Of a stretch of 47,897 nt of DNA, positions 31,464-41,030 are shown one piece after another. Source of the DNA: a virus (lineage: Duplodnaviria; Caudoviricetes). How positions within the stretch are numbered: position 1 is the first letter of the stretch; every line of letters starts with the position of its first letter. The translations under genes were made by a program, and so were the position numbers. The stretch is from positions 1-47,897 of the IMG/VR virus record IMGVR_UViG_3300037470_000256. One strand, written 5' to 3'. The notes under the pieces were generated by a model. The model made no database searches. It was not told the DNA's origin and was given only the letters and a program-made list of their open reading frames with translations.

Positions 31464-33019
31464 ACCCCTTCCAGAAGGCCCGCCAGTCGTTCGTCAATCG
31501 ACCGAGCGCCAGCTACTTCGGTGGGGCTCGCACAGGCCGGCTCTTCGAGGACTTCTACCCCTCCATCATCTCCGCGGACGGAGCGATCAAGGCCGACATC
31601 CGGTTGATGCGGGCGCGAGCCAGAACTTTGGTGCAGGATACCGGACCCCTCGCCGGCTGGGCACGGGCACAAGAGGACAATATCGCCGGAGCCGAAGGTA
31701 TGCGGCTCCAGGCTCGATGTAAGTATCCCCGCTCAGGCTACATGGAGCGGGAGAACGACGCCACCGAGGAAGCCTTCCGGCAGTGGGGGATGCCGGAAAA
31801 CTGTTCCGCCAACCGCCGGCTCTCGTTCACCGATACCCAACGACTGGCCATCCGTACCGCTCGGGTTGAGGGTGAAAGTTTCACCCGCCGTCTCTTCGGG
31901 TTTGACAATCCTTTCGGCTACGCCATCCAGATCATCGACGCGGACCTACTGGACGAGCAGTTCAATGTCCGGGCAGCGAACGGCGTGAATGAAATCCGTA
32001 TGGGGGTCGAAATCGACCGCTGGGGCGCAGCCGTCGCCTACCACTTCTGGGACAAGCACCCTACGGAAAGCGGATTTGACCGACGCAGCCGTACCCGGAT
32101 TCCATCGGGCGAGATCGTCCACCTCTTCCGTTCGCTCCGGCCGGGACAGACGCGGGGCATTACCGAGCTGGCGTCCATCATGATCGCCATGAAGATGTTG
32201 GACGGCTACACCGAAGCAGAGATCACACAGGCTCGGATTGCGGCAAGCGCGGGCGGATTCTTTCAGTGGTTGGGCACGGAGAATATCGAAGCCTATCCGG
32301 TACCGAAGGACGACAACGCGGCACCCGGGACCGATCCGGCCCGGTTCAACATGGACCTGGAGCCGGGATTAGCACAGGTGGCTCCTCCCGGCGCGCAGTT
32401 CCAAGCGATTGAGCCGACGCACCCGAACGGCAATTTCCCGGATTTCTCCTCGGCCATCAAGCACGATGTTGCGACGGGCAGCGGTGTCTCCTACGCGACA
32501 CTCACCGGAGATATGTCGCAGCAAACCTTTTCCTCGGCGCGCATGGCCCAGTTCCCTGAGCGGTACCACTTCCGAGCCCTGCAAGTCTGGTTTGTCACCC
32601 AATTCCACCGCCTCATTTATCTCGATTTCCTCCGCATGGCCTCGCTCACCGGCATGGTCACACTCGCGCATCCCGGCGATTTGGTGCGCTCCTCGGTCTG
32701 CGAGTGGGAGTGTCGCGGCTGGCCGTACATCAACCCGCTGGAGGACATCCAGACGTTTGAGGCGGAATTGGCGGCGGGCGTCAATAGTCGTCAGGAGTTC
32801 TGCGCGGAACGCGGCCGGGATTGGCGGAAGATCATGGCGGACCAAAAAGAGGAGCAGGATCACGCGGCTGCGTTGGGGCTGGATGTGAACGGGCTCAAGC
32901 GCTCGACCATGACACCGACCGGTGAAGCGGGAGCCCCGCCACCGGAGAAAAACGGCAACGGGAAAGAGAAGAACGGCGCGGAGAAAAACCGTGTGGCCCT
33001 GCACCTGGGGAGCCTATGA
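31460..33019 (+). CDS. Portal protein, lambda family
   Basis: LMRARARTL, GVEIDRWG..VAYH, RPGQTRGI, LTGD.S..FSSAR, GWPYINPLED. Confidence 0.95.
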   Translation: MNPFQKARQSFVNRPSASYFGGARTGRLFEDFYPSIISADGAIKADIRLMRARARTLVQDTGPLAGWARAQEDNIAGAEGMRLQARCKYPRSGYMERENDATEEAFRQWGMPENCSANRRLSFTDTQRLAIRTARVEGESFTRRLFGFDNPFGYAIQIIDADLLDEQFNVRAANGVNEIRMGVEIDRWGAAVAYHFWDKHPTESGFDRRSRTRIPSGEIVHLFRSLRPGQTRGITELASIMIAMKMLDGYTEAEITQARIAASAGGFFQWLGTENIEAYPVPKDDNAAPGTDPARFNMDLEPGLAQVAPPGAQFQAIEPTHPNGNFPDFSSAIKHDVATGSGVSYATLTGDMSQQTFSSARMAQFPERYHFRALQVWFVTQFHRLIYLDFLRMASLTGMVTLAHPGDLVRSSVCEWECRGWPYINPLEDIQTFEAELAAGVNSRQEFCAERGRDWRKIMADQKEEQDHAAALGLDVNGLKRSTMTPTGEAGAPPPEKNGNGKEKNGAEKNRVALHLGSL

Positions 33020-35517
33020 GCAAGAAACTACCGCTGGTGATGCGGGCAGTTTGCGAGTCCGTCTGGGCGATTGAACGCTCGAAGCTCGACGCCATTCTCG
33101 GGATGCTGGCGTTGCGGGCCGAGGGAGTGCGGTTCACCAAAGACGAGATCCGGGCGCGCATCGGAGGAGAACCCAAGCAGGCCAAGCCTCGTTACGGCGA
33201 TGCCGTCGCGGTGATTCCGGTGCATGGGGTGATTGCTCACCGGATGGACACGATGGTGGAGATCTCCGGCGGCACGTCAACTGAGCAAGTGGGCAAGTGG
33301 TTTGACAACGCGATGGCGGATGAATCTATCGGGGCCATTGTGCTGGAGTTCGATTCGCCGGGCGGGACAGTGAATGGCGTAGAGGAACTGGCAGAGAAAA
33401 TCTTCAAGGCCCGAGGCCAGAAACAAGTCATCGCGCACGTCAACAGCCTCGCGGCCTCAGCGGCCTATCACCTCGCGTCCCAGTGCGACGAGATCGTGTG
33501 TACACCGTCAGGCGAAGCCGGGTCCATCGGCGTCTACACCGTCCATATGGACGTGAGTAAGGCGATGGAAGAGGAAGGGTACAAAGCCACACTCGTGAGT
33601 GCAGGGAAGTACAAAGTCGAAGGCAACCCTTACGAGCCGTTGAGTGAGGAAGCGAAGGACGCGATGCAGGCGCGAGTGGACGCGGCCTATGACACGTTCG
33701 TCAAGGCGGTAGCGCGGGGGCGCGGCGTCTCGGCGGCGGATGTGCGCGGCGGGTTTGGAGAGGGCCGTGTCTTGGATGCGAAGCGAGCGAAAGCGGCGGG
33801 GATGGTGGACCGGATCGCGTCACTGGATGAGACGATTGCGAAAGTGGCGAAATGTGGGAGCCGGGGCCGAATGGCGGCCACGGTCGAGGTGTTGCCCTTG
33901 GCGGCAAACTCAATCGCCACTACTGGCCCGATCAGTCTCTCAATCACGAGCGGTACTTCAATGTGGGTCGCAGACGGTTCCTCGGTGGAGCCGGTGAGTG
34001 TGGTGGCGTTGGGGCCGGCATCAGCCGGCATGGAGCAGAGCGCGGACGGGGCCGCGACTGCTCATCAGGGAGTCCCCGCATCGGCCCCAAAGGCCAGAGG
34101 AGAAACCATGCCCGAAGTTCCAGGCACGGCGGCCCCCACCAGGGTCGAGAGCGCCGAGGTGGCGCAGTTGAAAGCGGAGGTCGAGCGGGTCAAGGGCCTC
34201 AACGCTCTGTCCGCCGTCCATCCTGAGTTTTTCGCGGCTGCACCAACCAAGGTCCAGCAATGGATCGACGGGAACGTGACCGTGGCGAACGCCAATACCG
34301 AGATCCTGGCGTTTTTCAAGAACCGCACGGCGGCGGCTCCGCACATCTCGGCGGGCGGCGTCACCATGTCCGGTGTCGCGCCGCTGGAAGCTGGAAAGAA
34401 CTTTGGTTCTCCACGGTACCAGGCACTCAAGGCTGCTGTGGACGCGGGGACACTCAAGCCCGACAGCCGTGCCTTCAAGGCGGAACGCAACGCCGCGTTC
34501 GGGGAGCAGCTCATTGCCGTGGCCAATCACTACAGCGGCAGAGGCACCGACCCCCGGCTGATGGCGACGGCGACTGGAGCCTCGGCGCAAGTCGGGTCCG
34601 ATGGCGGCTTCATGGTCCGCAAAGAGTTCTCGGTGGGCCTGCTCGAATCGGCCTTCGAGGGCGGCGAGATCCTGTCGCGAGTGGACTCCAGCGAAGTCGG
34701 GGCCAACGCGGACGGACTCGAAGTGATGTACCTGCTCGAAACCGACCGGGCGACCGGCTCACGGTGGGGCGGCATTCAGGTGTATCGCGGGGCCGAAGCT
34801 GACGCCGCGACCGCCAAGCGTCCGAAGTTCGGGCTCTGGGAGTGCCGGTTGCAGGATGTGATCGGCTTGGCCTACGTGACCGAGCGGCTGCTTCAGGATG
34901 CGCCGTCGATCGCGTCAGTGTTCTCCGATGGGTTTGCAGCCGAGTTTCAGTTTCAGGTCGAGAACGAAGTGATCCGGGGTATTGGTGGATCGCAGATGGT
35001 CGGGATTCTCGGTAACGCACCGACCGTCTCGGTGGCGAAAGAAACCGGCCAGTTAGCCGCCACCCTAGATGCGAAGAACGTCATCAAGATGTACGCTCGC
35101 ATGTCACCGAGGGCGCGGAAGAATGCGGTGTGGCTCTACAACGTCGAGTGTGACGTGCAGCTCCCGCAGATGATGATCGGTACCGGTACCTCTGGGGTGC
35201 TCGTCTACATGCCCCCTGGCGGGATCAGCGGCGCGCAGTACGGGTCGATTTTCGGCAAGCCGCTCATTCCGGTGGAGTACTGTGCCGCACTGGGCACCGT
35301 GGGGGACATCATCCTCGCGGATCTCTCGGCCTTCAAGGTCATCACCAAGGGCGGGCTCCAGACGGACGACTCGATCCACGTCAAGTTCGCCAACAACGAG
35401 CGGACCTTCCGGTGGCTCACTCGCGTCAACGGTGCTCCGAAAGACAAGAGCGCCATCACCCCGTTCAAGGGCTCTAGCACCCTTTCGCCCTTCGTCACGC
35501 TCGACACCAGAGCGTAA
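33016..35517 (+). CDS. S49 (SppA/gpC-like) maturation protease fused to HK97-fold major capsid protein
   Basis: DSPGGTV, AASAAY, GSIGVY and GKYK (S49), then DGGFMV...GSIFGKPLIPVE...GDIILADLS (capsid). Confidence 0.92.
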   Translation: MSKKLPLVMRAVCESVWAIERSKLDAILGMLALRAEGVRFTKDEIRARIGGEPKQAKPRYGDAVAVIPVHGVIAHRMDTMVEISGGTSTEQVGKWFDNAMADESIGAIVLEFDSPGGTVNGVEELAEKIFKARGQKQVIAHVNSLAASAAYHLASQCDEIVCTPSGEAGSIGVYTVHMDVSKAMEEEGYKATLVSAGKYKVEGNPYEPLSEEAKDAMQARVDAAYDTFVKAVARGRGVSAADVRGGFGEGRVLDAKRAKAAGMVDRIASLDETIAKVAKCGSRGRMAATVEVLPLAANSIATTGPISLSITSGTSMWVADGSSVEPVSVVALGPASAGMEQSADGAATAHQGVPASAPKARGETMPEVPGTAAPTRVESAEVAQLKAEVERVKGLNALSAVHPEFFAAAPTKVQQWIDGNVTVANANTEILAFFKNRTAAAPHISAGGVTMSGVAPLEAGKNFGSPRYQALKAAVDAGTLKPDSRAFKAERNAAFGEQLIAVANHYSGRGTDPRLMATATGASAQVGSDGGFMVRKEFSVGLLESAFEGGEILSRVDSSEVGANADGLEVMYLLETDRATGSRWGGIQVYRGAEADAATAKRPKFGLWECRLQDVIGLAYVTERLLQDAPSIASVFSDGFAAEFQFQVENEVIRGIGGSQMVGILGNAPTVSVAKETGQLAATLDAKNVIKMYARMSPRARKNAVWLYNVECDVQLPQMMIGTGTSGVLVYMPPGGISGAQYGSIFGKPLIPVEYCAALGTVGDIILADLSAFKVITKGGLQTDDSIHVKFANNERTFRWLTRVNGAPKDKSAITPFKGSSTLSPFVTLDTRA
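34108..35517 (+). CDS. Nested in-frame major capsid protein (internal start)
   Basis: GAGGAGAAACC-ATG at 34108, in frame, after a low-complexity linker. Confidence 0.6.
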   Translation: MPEVPGTAAPTRVESAEVAQLKAEVERVKGLNALSAVHPEFFAAAPTKVQQWIDGNVTVANANTEILAFFKNRTAAAPHISAGGVTMSGVAPLEAGKNFGSPRYQALKAAVDAGTLKPDSRAFKAERNAAFGEQLIAVANHYSGRGTDPRLMATATGASAQVGSDGGFMVRKEFSVGLLESAFEGGEILSRVDSSEVGANADGLEVMYLLETDRATGSRWGGIQVYRGAEADAATAKRPKFGLWECRLQDVIGLAYVTERLLQDAPSIASVFSDGFAAEFQFQVENEVIRGIGGSQMVGILGNAPTVSVAKETGQLAATLDAKNVIKMYARMSPRARKNAVWLYNVECDVQLPQMMIGTGTSGVLVYMPPGGISGAQYGSIFGKPLIPVEYCAALGTVGDIILADLSAFKVITKGGLQTDDSIHVKFANNERTFRWLTRVNGAPKDKSAITPFKGSSTLSPFVTLDTRA

Positions 35518-35552
35518 CCACATCGGCCTTGGGCCAAAGGAGAAACTGAATT

Positions 35553-36032
35553 ATGAGCAACCTTCTGATGGAGCGCGATCACTTCGAGCGCGGACTGGAT
35601 GCGGTGGCGGACGCCTTCGCGGATGATACCGTCGTCTCGGATGTGGTGAACATGAAGGACCACGAGTCGGTGCGGTTCATCGTGCACTGGGGTGTGGGCA
35701 CGACCGGTACACTGACGCTGAAAGTGGAGGCGTGCGATGACGTGACGCCGAGCAATACCTCCTCGATTCCGTTTTTCACTCGCACCAACAAACTCGGAGT
35801 GGTGAGCGCGATTACCAGGGCCACGGCGGCGGCAGGTGTGTTGACTGTTGCCGGTTCGTCTCAGATCATCGAGTGCGAGGTGCTGGCCGAGGAACTGGCG
35901 GCGACGGGGTACGGCTATGTGCGGTTGCAGGTGACCGAGACCGTGGACGCCGCGCTGCTCGGTGGAATCATCGTCCAGATGGGCCACAAGCGGCACAGTT
36001 CGACGGCGGCTCCGACTTCGGCGCTGACCTGA
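35553..36032 (+). CDS. Capsid-associated (decoration/cement) protein
   Basis: Follows the capsid gene; AAGGAG RBS; SDVVNMKD...KVEACDD...YVRL. Confidence 0.6.
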   Translation: MSNLLMERDHFERGLDAVADAFADDTVVSDVVNMKDHESVRFIVHWGVGTTGTLTLKVEACDDVTPSNTSSIPFFTRTNKLGVVSAITRATAAAGVLTVAGSSQIIECEVLAEELAATGYGYVRLQVTETVDAALLGGIIVQMGHKRHSSTAAPTSALT

Positions 36033-36045
36033 TCTACTGACAGAT

Positions 36046-36068
36046 AGGGGCGGGACTTCCCCGCCCCT
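36046..36068 (+). terminator. GC-rich hairpin (partial terminator or mRNA stabiliser)
   Basis: AGGGGCGGG-ACTTC-CCCGCCCCT; only a weak U-tract. Confidence 0.45.
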
Positions 36069-36133
36069 TCACCCGCGTCCTCGGCCCTTCGGGGTCGGTG
36101 CCTCATGGCATCGGGGACGCCAAGGAGATCACC

Positions 36134-36859
36134 ATGAGCGTCTTCAGCACCAGATCGACGGGTGGCAACCTGACCATCCACGATCCCAGTACCCACGAGT
36201 CACTGATCCCGTATTACCCGATCGTGTTCTACGAGGAGTTTCTCGGGAAAGCGATCGACACTACCAACATCTGGACGGCGCTCGATACCTCCTCATCCGG
36301 TGATAGCACGCCGGTGCTGACCAGCAACGGCATGAACGGCTCTGTCTCTCTGCCGATTGCCAACGCATCAGAGGCCGAGGACACCGGGCTCACCTGGGGC
36401 GACGCGCTGCGGCTGGCTCCATCCAAGGGGCTGATCTTCGAGGCCGGGCTGGCGATGGCGACCATCCCGACCACGGGCGTGGTATTCGTCTGGGGCCTTG
36501 CTTCAGCGGCCAATGCGACTCCTGACTCCGTGACGACCAATCTCTGGTTCCGGCTTCAGGCATCGGGCGCACTGCTTTGCGAGAGCGACGACAGCGCGGC
36601 CGACAACGACGACAAGGCTACCGGGATCACACTGGTGGCCGGGGTGCAGCACATCTACCGGATCGACTGCACCAACACCTCAGATGTGCGGTTCTATGTC
36701 GATGGGGTAGCGGTGGCGCTGGCGACGACTTTCACGCTGGCTGGGGCGACGCCGAGCACGCTGGTGCTTCAGCCCTACTTCCAGGGCATGAAGGCATCAG
36801 GCACGGGCGTGGGGGTCATGACACTCGACTACGTGAAGTGCTTCCAGAACCGGAGTTAA
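36134..36859 (+). CDS. Virion protein with a ConA-like beta domain
   Basis: AAGGAG RBS; FYEEFLG...YRIDC...VRFYVDGV...LQPY...LDYV. Confidence 0.6.
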   Translation: MSVFSTRSTGGNLTIHDPSTHESLIPYYPIVFYEEFLGKAIDTTNIWTALDTSSSGDSTPVLTSNGMNGSVSLPIANASEAEDTGLTWGDALRLAPSKGLIFEAGLAMATIPTTGVVFVWGLASAANATPDSVTTNLWFRLQASGALLCESDDSAADNDDKATGITLVAGVQHIYRIDCTNTSDVRFYVDGVAVALATTFTLAGATPSTLVLQPYFQGMKASGTGVGVMTLDYVKCFQNRS

Positions 36860-36881
36860 ATCCGGGCGAAGGGGAAATGGT

Positions 36882-37055
36882 ATGGCGAAAGCAGCGGCGA
36901 AACCCAAAGCCGCCCAACCGGTGGCTGGTGTGGGTGAGGCACAGGCGGCGCTCGACGCCCTCAAGCAGAAGATCACCGAGGGGTGCGGAATACCGGACGT
37001 GTTGGCGGCAGTGGATGAAGTTGGCGAAGTGATCGGGAAGATCGGGAAGCAGTAA
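36882..37055 (+). CDS. 57-aa hypothetical protein (not in ORF track)
   Basis: MAKAAAKPKAAQPVAG...IGKIGKQ; purine-rich RBS. Confidence 0.5.
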   Translation: MAKAAAKPKAAQPVAGVGEAQAALDALKQKITEGCGIPDVLAAVDEVGEVIGKIGKQ

Positions 37056-37221
37056 GCAGGTCCGTCGGGGATTCGCCACGGCTCACACGAGTCGATGCTG
37101 TACAGGGGCGACAACCATATCGAGCGTGGACCCCGGCCCTTATGTGGATCGTAACGAACTACACCAATACGCAGACCGCTGACACTGGGCAGATCGCCAC
37201 AGTGAAGGTTGAGGTGAAGTA

Positions 37222-37557
37222 ATGGGGATGCTCTCGGACGACCTCGATTTCCTCTACGGCCTAGGAGCGTTCGGCACCAGCCGGATGACCTTCTCGGGGG
37301 CGACGGTCTCAGGGTACTTCGACCAGGAAGAGACGCTAGAGGCGGATAGGACGGGGGATAACATCCTCGTCAAACGGACAGTGTTCCGCTACCGGACGCC
37401 CAAGTCCACGGACACGCTGGCGAGTCTGACGAAGGATTCCACGGTGACGATCTACGACCCGGAAACCACCGTGACACTGACCTACGTGGTGAGTGACCCG
37501 GAGTTGACCGGGGATGGGAAAGAGTCGCGGGTGATTCTCCGGCCGAGCACGGCATGA
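37222..37557 (+). CDS. Head-tail joining protein (gpFII-like)
   Basis: GAGGTGA RBS; size, position and DG..SRVIL end. Confidence 0.65.
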   Translation: MGMLSDDLDFLYGLGAFGTSRMTFSGATVSGYFDQEETLEADRTGDNILVKRTVFRYRTPKSTDTLASLTKDSTVTIYDPETTVTLTYVVSDPELTGDGKESRVILRPSTA

Positions 37558-38096
37558 GCCACCTGGAAGTTAACCGGCAGGTCCGGGACTGGTTGAACGG
37601 GACAGCAACGGATTACGCAGCGGCGGCGCAAGGCATCGCGGTGAAGCTGGCCTTGCTCACCTCGGGTGGCTACAAGGACGCAGGCGACACGCTACCCAGT
37701 GCGCCCACGGTGTATGACGAGACGAGAAGCGCTCCGGTAGCGCGGGGGGATGTTCCGGCAGAACCCTCGGTCTCGGTGAGCATCATCAGTAGCAGTGTGG
37801 CGGCGACGTACATGAGCCAGCCGCCCCGGATTGGGGAAGCTACCGTGCTGATCCGGTACGCGGCGCAGAACAGCGACACGGACGCCGGGGTAACAAATGC
37901 CTTCTACACGTTGCGGGCGATTCTGATGAGCCTGACGGAACTGTGGAAGCCGGAGAATGAAGCGAAGCGGGCGAGGAACGGGGTGTTTTTCTACCCGGTG
38001 GAGGAAGTCACCTACGAGCCGATAGTCGCGCAGCGGGAGAGTTCGGACATCACGTTCGGCTTGCTGCTCACTCTCAATACCAGGTCGGTGCCATGA
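37554..38096 (+). CDS. Tail terminator-like protein
   Basis: Position between the head-tail joining and tail tube genes. Confidence 0.5.
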   Translation: MSHLEVNRQVRDWLNGTATDYAAAAQGIAVKLALLTSGGYKDAGDTLPSAPTVYDETRSAPVARGDVPAEPSVSVSIISSSVAATYMSQPPRIGEATVLIRYAAQNSDTDAGVTNAFYTLRAILMSLTELWKPENEAKRARNGVFFYPVEEVTYEPIVAQRESSDITFGLLLTLNTRSVP

Positions 38097-38107
38097 GGAG
38101 GCCGTAA

Positions 38108-39121
38108 ATGTCAGCAGGCAAAATAGTAGAGGCCGTTGGGGTCTTGGCCAAGGTCGAAACGACCTACGGGACCGACTCCACGCCAGCGGCAAGCACCGAC
38201 GGGGTTCAAATCATCAAGCCCCGACCGTCAAGCCAGCCGCAATTCATGTTTGACGGGGTGCGGGGGCTCCAGAATGGTGGGTTTGCGAACGTCGCCAATG
38301 CGCCGAAGCGCGGGCGGTGGGGCGAGTTCACGATCCAGTGTGAGGCGAAAGGCAACGGCTCCGACTACACCTCCTCTGCGGTGCTGGTGCCGCATATCCA
38401 CGCGCTGCTACGGATGGCGGGCTATACCGGCGCGTACACCACGGCCCCGAACCTCTGGACCTTCACCCCGACAGCGGCAGGGACCGCGCCGACATCTGGC
38501 ACCGTGTGGCTCTACGGTGGCGGGGAAGTTCACAAGTATACCGGCGTCTACGCTTCCCTCAAGATCACGGCGGGCAATATCGGGATTCCGATATTTGAGT
38601 TCTCCTGTCGTGGGATCATGGGGACCGACCCTGCCGACATTGCGCTGGCCTCGATCACCTACCACGACGCTACGGTCATTCCTCCTGCCGCGACAGCGGT
38701 GACGTTCGAGTGGGGCGACCTGACGGCTCCGGTGCTCCGGTCGATGGAGTTCGATTGCCGGCGGAACCTGGACTTCCCCCGGGCGAACCAGGTGGGGACG
38801 GATGGTCACTCCGGGTTTTCACCGGGATCGCGTGACCCGATCATCAATCTGCTGATGGAAGCCACGGCACTGGCCACGGGAGATTTCTCGGACACCGCCA
38901 CGATTGACCCGTACAACCTGACACAAAACAGCACGCTGGCGCAGGACTTCGCTTACACCTGTGGGGGTACGCAGTACAACCGCTGGAAGCTGGCAGCGGC
39001 GGCGACTCAAGCGCATACGGTCGAAGTGGTGGACGAAGGACCGGTACAACTCTGGCGGATCGGTGCACGGCCGTACACCGACCAGACGAGTGCAGCGGAT
39101 CATACCATCGTGTTCTCATGA
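38108..39121 (+). CDS. Major tail tube protein
   Basis: LAKVETTYGTD N-terminus, typical of siphophage tube proteins; precedes the chaperone and tape measure. Confidence 0.8.
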   Translation: MSAGKIVEAVGVLAKVETTYGTDSTPAASTDGVQIIKPRPSSQPQFMFDGVRGLQNGGFANVANAPKRGRWGEFTIQCEAKGNGSDYTSSAVLVPHIHALLRMAGYTGAYTTAPNLWTFTPTAAGTAPTSGTVWLYGGGEVHKYTGVYASLKITAGNIGIPIFEFSCRGIMGTDPADIALASITYHDATVIPPAATAVTFEWGDLTAPVLRSMEFDCRRNLDFPRANQVGTDGHSGFSPGSRDPIINLLMEATALATGDFSDTATIDPYNLTQNSTLAQDFAYTCGGTQYNRWKLAAAATQAHTVEVVDEGPVQLWRIGARPYTDQTSAADHTIVFS

Positions 39122-39465
39122 GTGACGCCATCGAAGCCCCGACGCTCACGGTACGCGGGCGAACCATCACCGGGAAGTTCCTGACCACGCGGGAAGCGCG
39201 GCCGTTAATGGCGAGGATGAAAGATGCGAGTAACGACTGGCTGGAGTGGATTGACACCGTGTTTGATCTGATGACAGAGGGAGAAGACCGGGAGTTCTTA
39301 GCAGGGGTCCCTACTGCGGAGATCGGGGTTGAGAATGTGCAGCATTTTTTTATCCACGGCGGTACTGGAGTAAAACCACCGAAACCCCTGATCCCGGAGA
39401 TGAACATCTCGCCCCGTGGGTCAGAGCAAGGGAGCGCGCTGGAAACAATCCCGACCTCGGACTAG
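39118..39465 (+). CDS. Tail assembly chaperone (gpG-like)
   Basis: Between tube and tape measure; contains the T-TTT-TTT slippery site. Confidence 0.75.
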   Translation: MSDAIEAPTLTVRGRTITGKFLTTREARPLMARMKDASNDWLEWIDTVFDLMTEGEDREFLAGVPTAEIGVENVQHFFIHGGTGVKPPKPLIPEMNISPRGSEQGSALETIPTSD

Positions 39466-39665
39466 TCCTCGCCCGTGTTCAACATTGGTTCCCGGGGTTT
39501 CGGCTAGATGACCCGTGGCTGGAGTTCTTGGAGAAGTGCCACTACCTGCCGGCCGTCCAGGCGGATTGGAGGCTCCAGATAACAGAAGCCATCGGGTACA
39601 ACTTCGCTGACCAGGACCATCAGGGACCGTTCAACGACGCTAAGAGAGAGGCCCGAGGCGAGTAG
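39345..39665 (+). CDS. -1 frameshift extension (gpGT-like)
   Basis: Heptamer TTTTTTT at 39345-51; the -1 frame is open for 104 codons to TAG 39663-65, directly before the tape-measure ATG. Confidence 0.75.
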   Translation, partial: FFYPRRYWSKTTETPDPGDEHLAPWVRARERAGNNPDLGLVLARVQHWFPGFRLDDPWLEFLEKCHYLPAVQADWRLQITEAIGYNFADQDHQGPFNDAKREARGE

Positions 39666-41030
39666 ATGGCAACCCCCACCGTGCAATTCACAATCACCGC
39701 TCAGGACATGGCGTCGGCGCAGTTGGCCAACGTCAACCGGAACCTTGCTGCCACGGCGACAGCGGCACAGCGGACGGGCGGGATCATGGGCGGGACAGCG
39801 CGGGAGGGGGTTCGCAAGTACCAGAGCGCCATCAGCAGCCTGGCACTCTCCTCGGTCGGGGTACGGGGCACTTTAGGCCAACTGGCGCAGAGTGTCGGGC
39901 TGCTGGGAGTGGGTGGCCCCGTGGTGGCGGCGGTGGCGACGGGGACCGTGCTGCTCGCGGCGGCCATGAACCACATAAAGAACAGCGCGCAGCAAACCAG
40001 TAAGACAGTCAATGACTTGGTGACCTCCCTACTCCGGGTGAAAGAGGTGGCCCCGGAGGTACAGCGGGCCACGATTCTGGCAGACAATACGCGGATACGG
40101 GCGCAGATGGCGGCGCTGGGGAGCGGCGTGCTGACGAGTCAGGGGCTGGCCACGGGGGGACCGGCCGCCGCTGGGGTCGCAGCGGCAAACCGCACGGCGA
40201 TGACCGACCTCCGGCACCAGTTGGCGCTCAACACCATCGCGCTTCGCCGGATCGTGGACACCCCGAAGGGCGGCAGCGGTAGAGCTGATCGGCCGCTCCA
40301 ACAGGGGGACCGGGTGGATGTGTACGGTCTCCTCGCCTCGATGCGACCGGGGGCGCGAGAAGCCCCATTACGGGCACCAGAGTTTACCGTTCCCAAGATC
40401 GACCTGATCGACCCGCAAAGCCTCAACCTGCCGGTGCCGCAAGCGATTCTCGACGCCCTCGGCTTTCAGCAATGGGCCGAAGATATGGGCGCGGCCATTT
40501 CCGAAACCTTCGCCCTGACCGTTGGGGATGCGATCGGGAACGCGTTCGCTGCGGCCTTCTCGGGTGAGGGAGTGGGGGGAGCCATCGCGGCGTTTGGTAA
40601 GACGATGCTGGCGGGGATCGGCTCCATCTTCTCGATGATGGGGGATCAGTATTTGAAGTTCGGCCTTGCCATGAAGGGCCTCGCTCCGTTGCTGGCCAAT
40701 CCGTTTACATCGGCTGGTGCGGCTATCGCCATCGGGTTGCTCTTGAAGGCACTGGGTGGCGCACTCGGCGGGATTGCTCGCGGTGGGGCACCGGGGAGCG
40801 GCGGGTCGTTTCGTTCTCCCGGTGGCTACGGCGGATCGTTCGGCGGTGGCGGTGGACTGGATGTGTTCGGCAACGGCGCACGTGGACCGTCCACTGTCAT
40901 CAACGTGCAGGGCGGTCCGGTCATTGACATCCGCGACCACGAAACGAGATCGCAACTTGCGGCGGCGGGGATTGAAATTCAGTACGGGACGAGAGAGTCT
41001 GTCCAGGTGAACCACGTGAGGCGGGTCTGA
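39666..41030 (+). CDS. Tape measure protein (short)
   Basis: VQFTITAQDMAS N-terminus; Ala/Gly-rich helices; Gly-rich end with TVINVQG. Confidence 0.8.
   Translation: MATPTVQFTITAQDMASAQLANVNRNLAATATAAQRTGGIMGGTAREGVRKYQSAISSLALSSVGVRGTLGQLAQSVGLLGVGGPVVAAVATGTVLLAAAMNHIKNSAQQTSKTVNDLVTSLLRVKEVAPEVQRATILADNTRIRAQMAALGSGVLTSQGLATGGPAAAGVAAANRTAMTDLRHQLALNTIALRRIVDTPKGGSGRADRPLQQGDRVDVYGLLASMRPGAREAPLRAPEFTVPKIDLIDPQSLNLPVPQAILDALGFQQWAEDMGAAISETFALTVGDAIGNAFAAAFSGEGVGGAIAAFGKTMLAGIGSIFSMMGDQYLKFGLAMKGLAPLLANPFTSAGAAIAIGLLLKALGGALGGIARGGAPGSGGSFRSPGGYGGSFGGGGGLDVFGNGARGPSTVINVQGGPVIDIRDHETRSQLAAAGIEIQYGTRESVQVNHVRRV

Noticed and set aside
37056-37222. Additional gene before the head-tail joining protein
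   Set aside because: Only a 26-codon ORF (37142-37222) without a clear RBS; not enough support.
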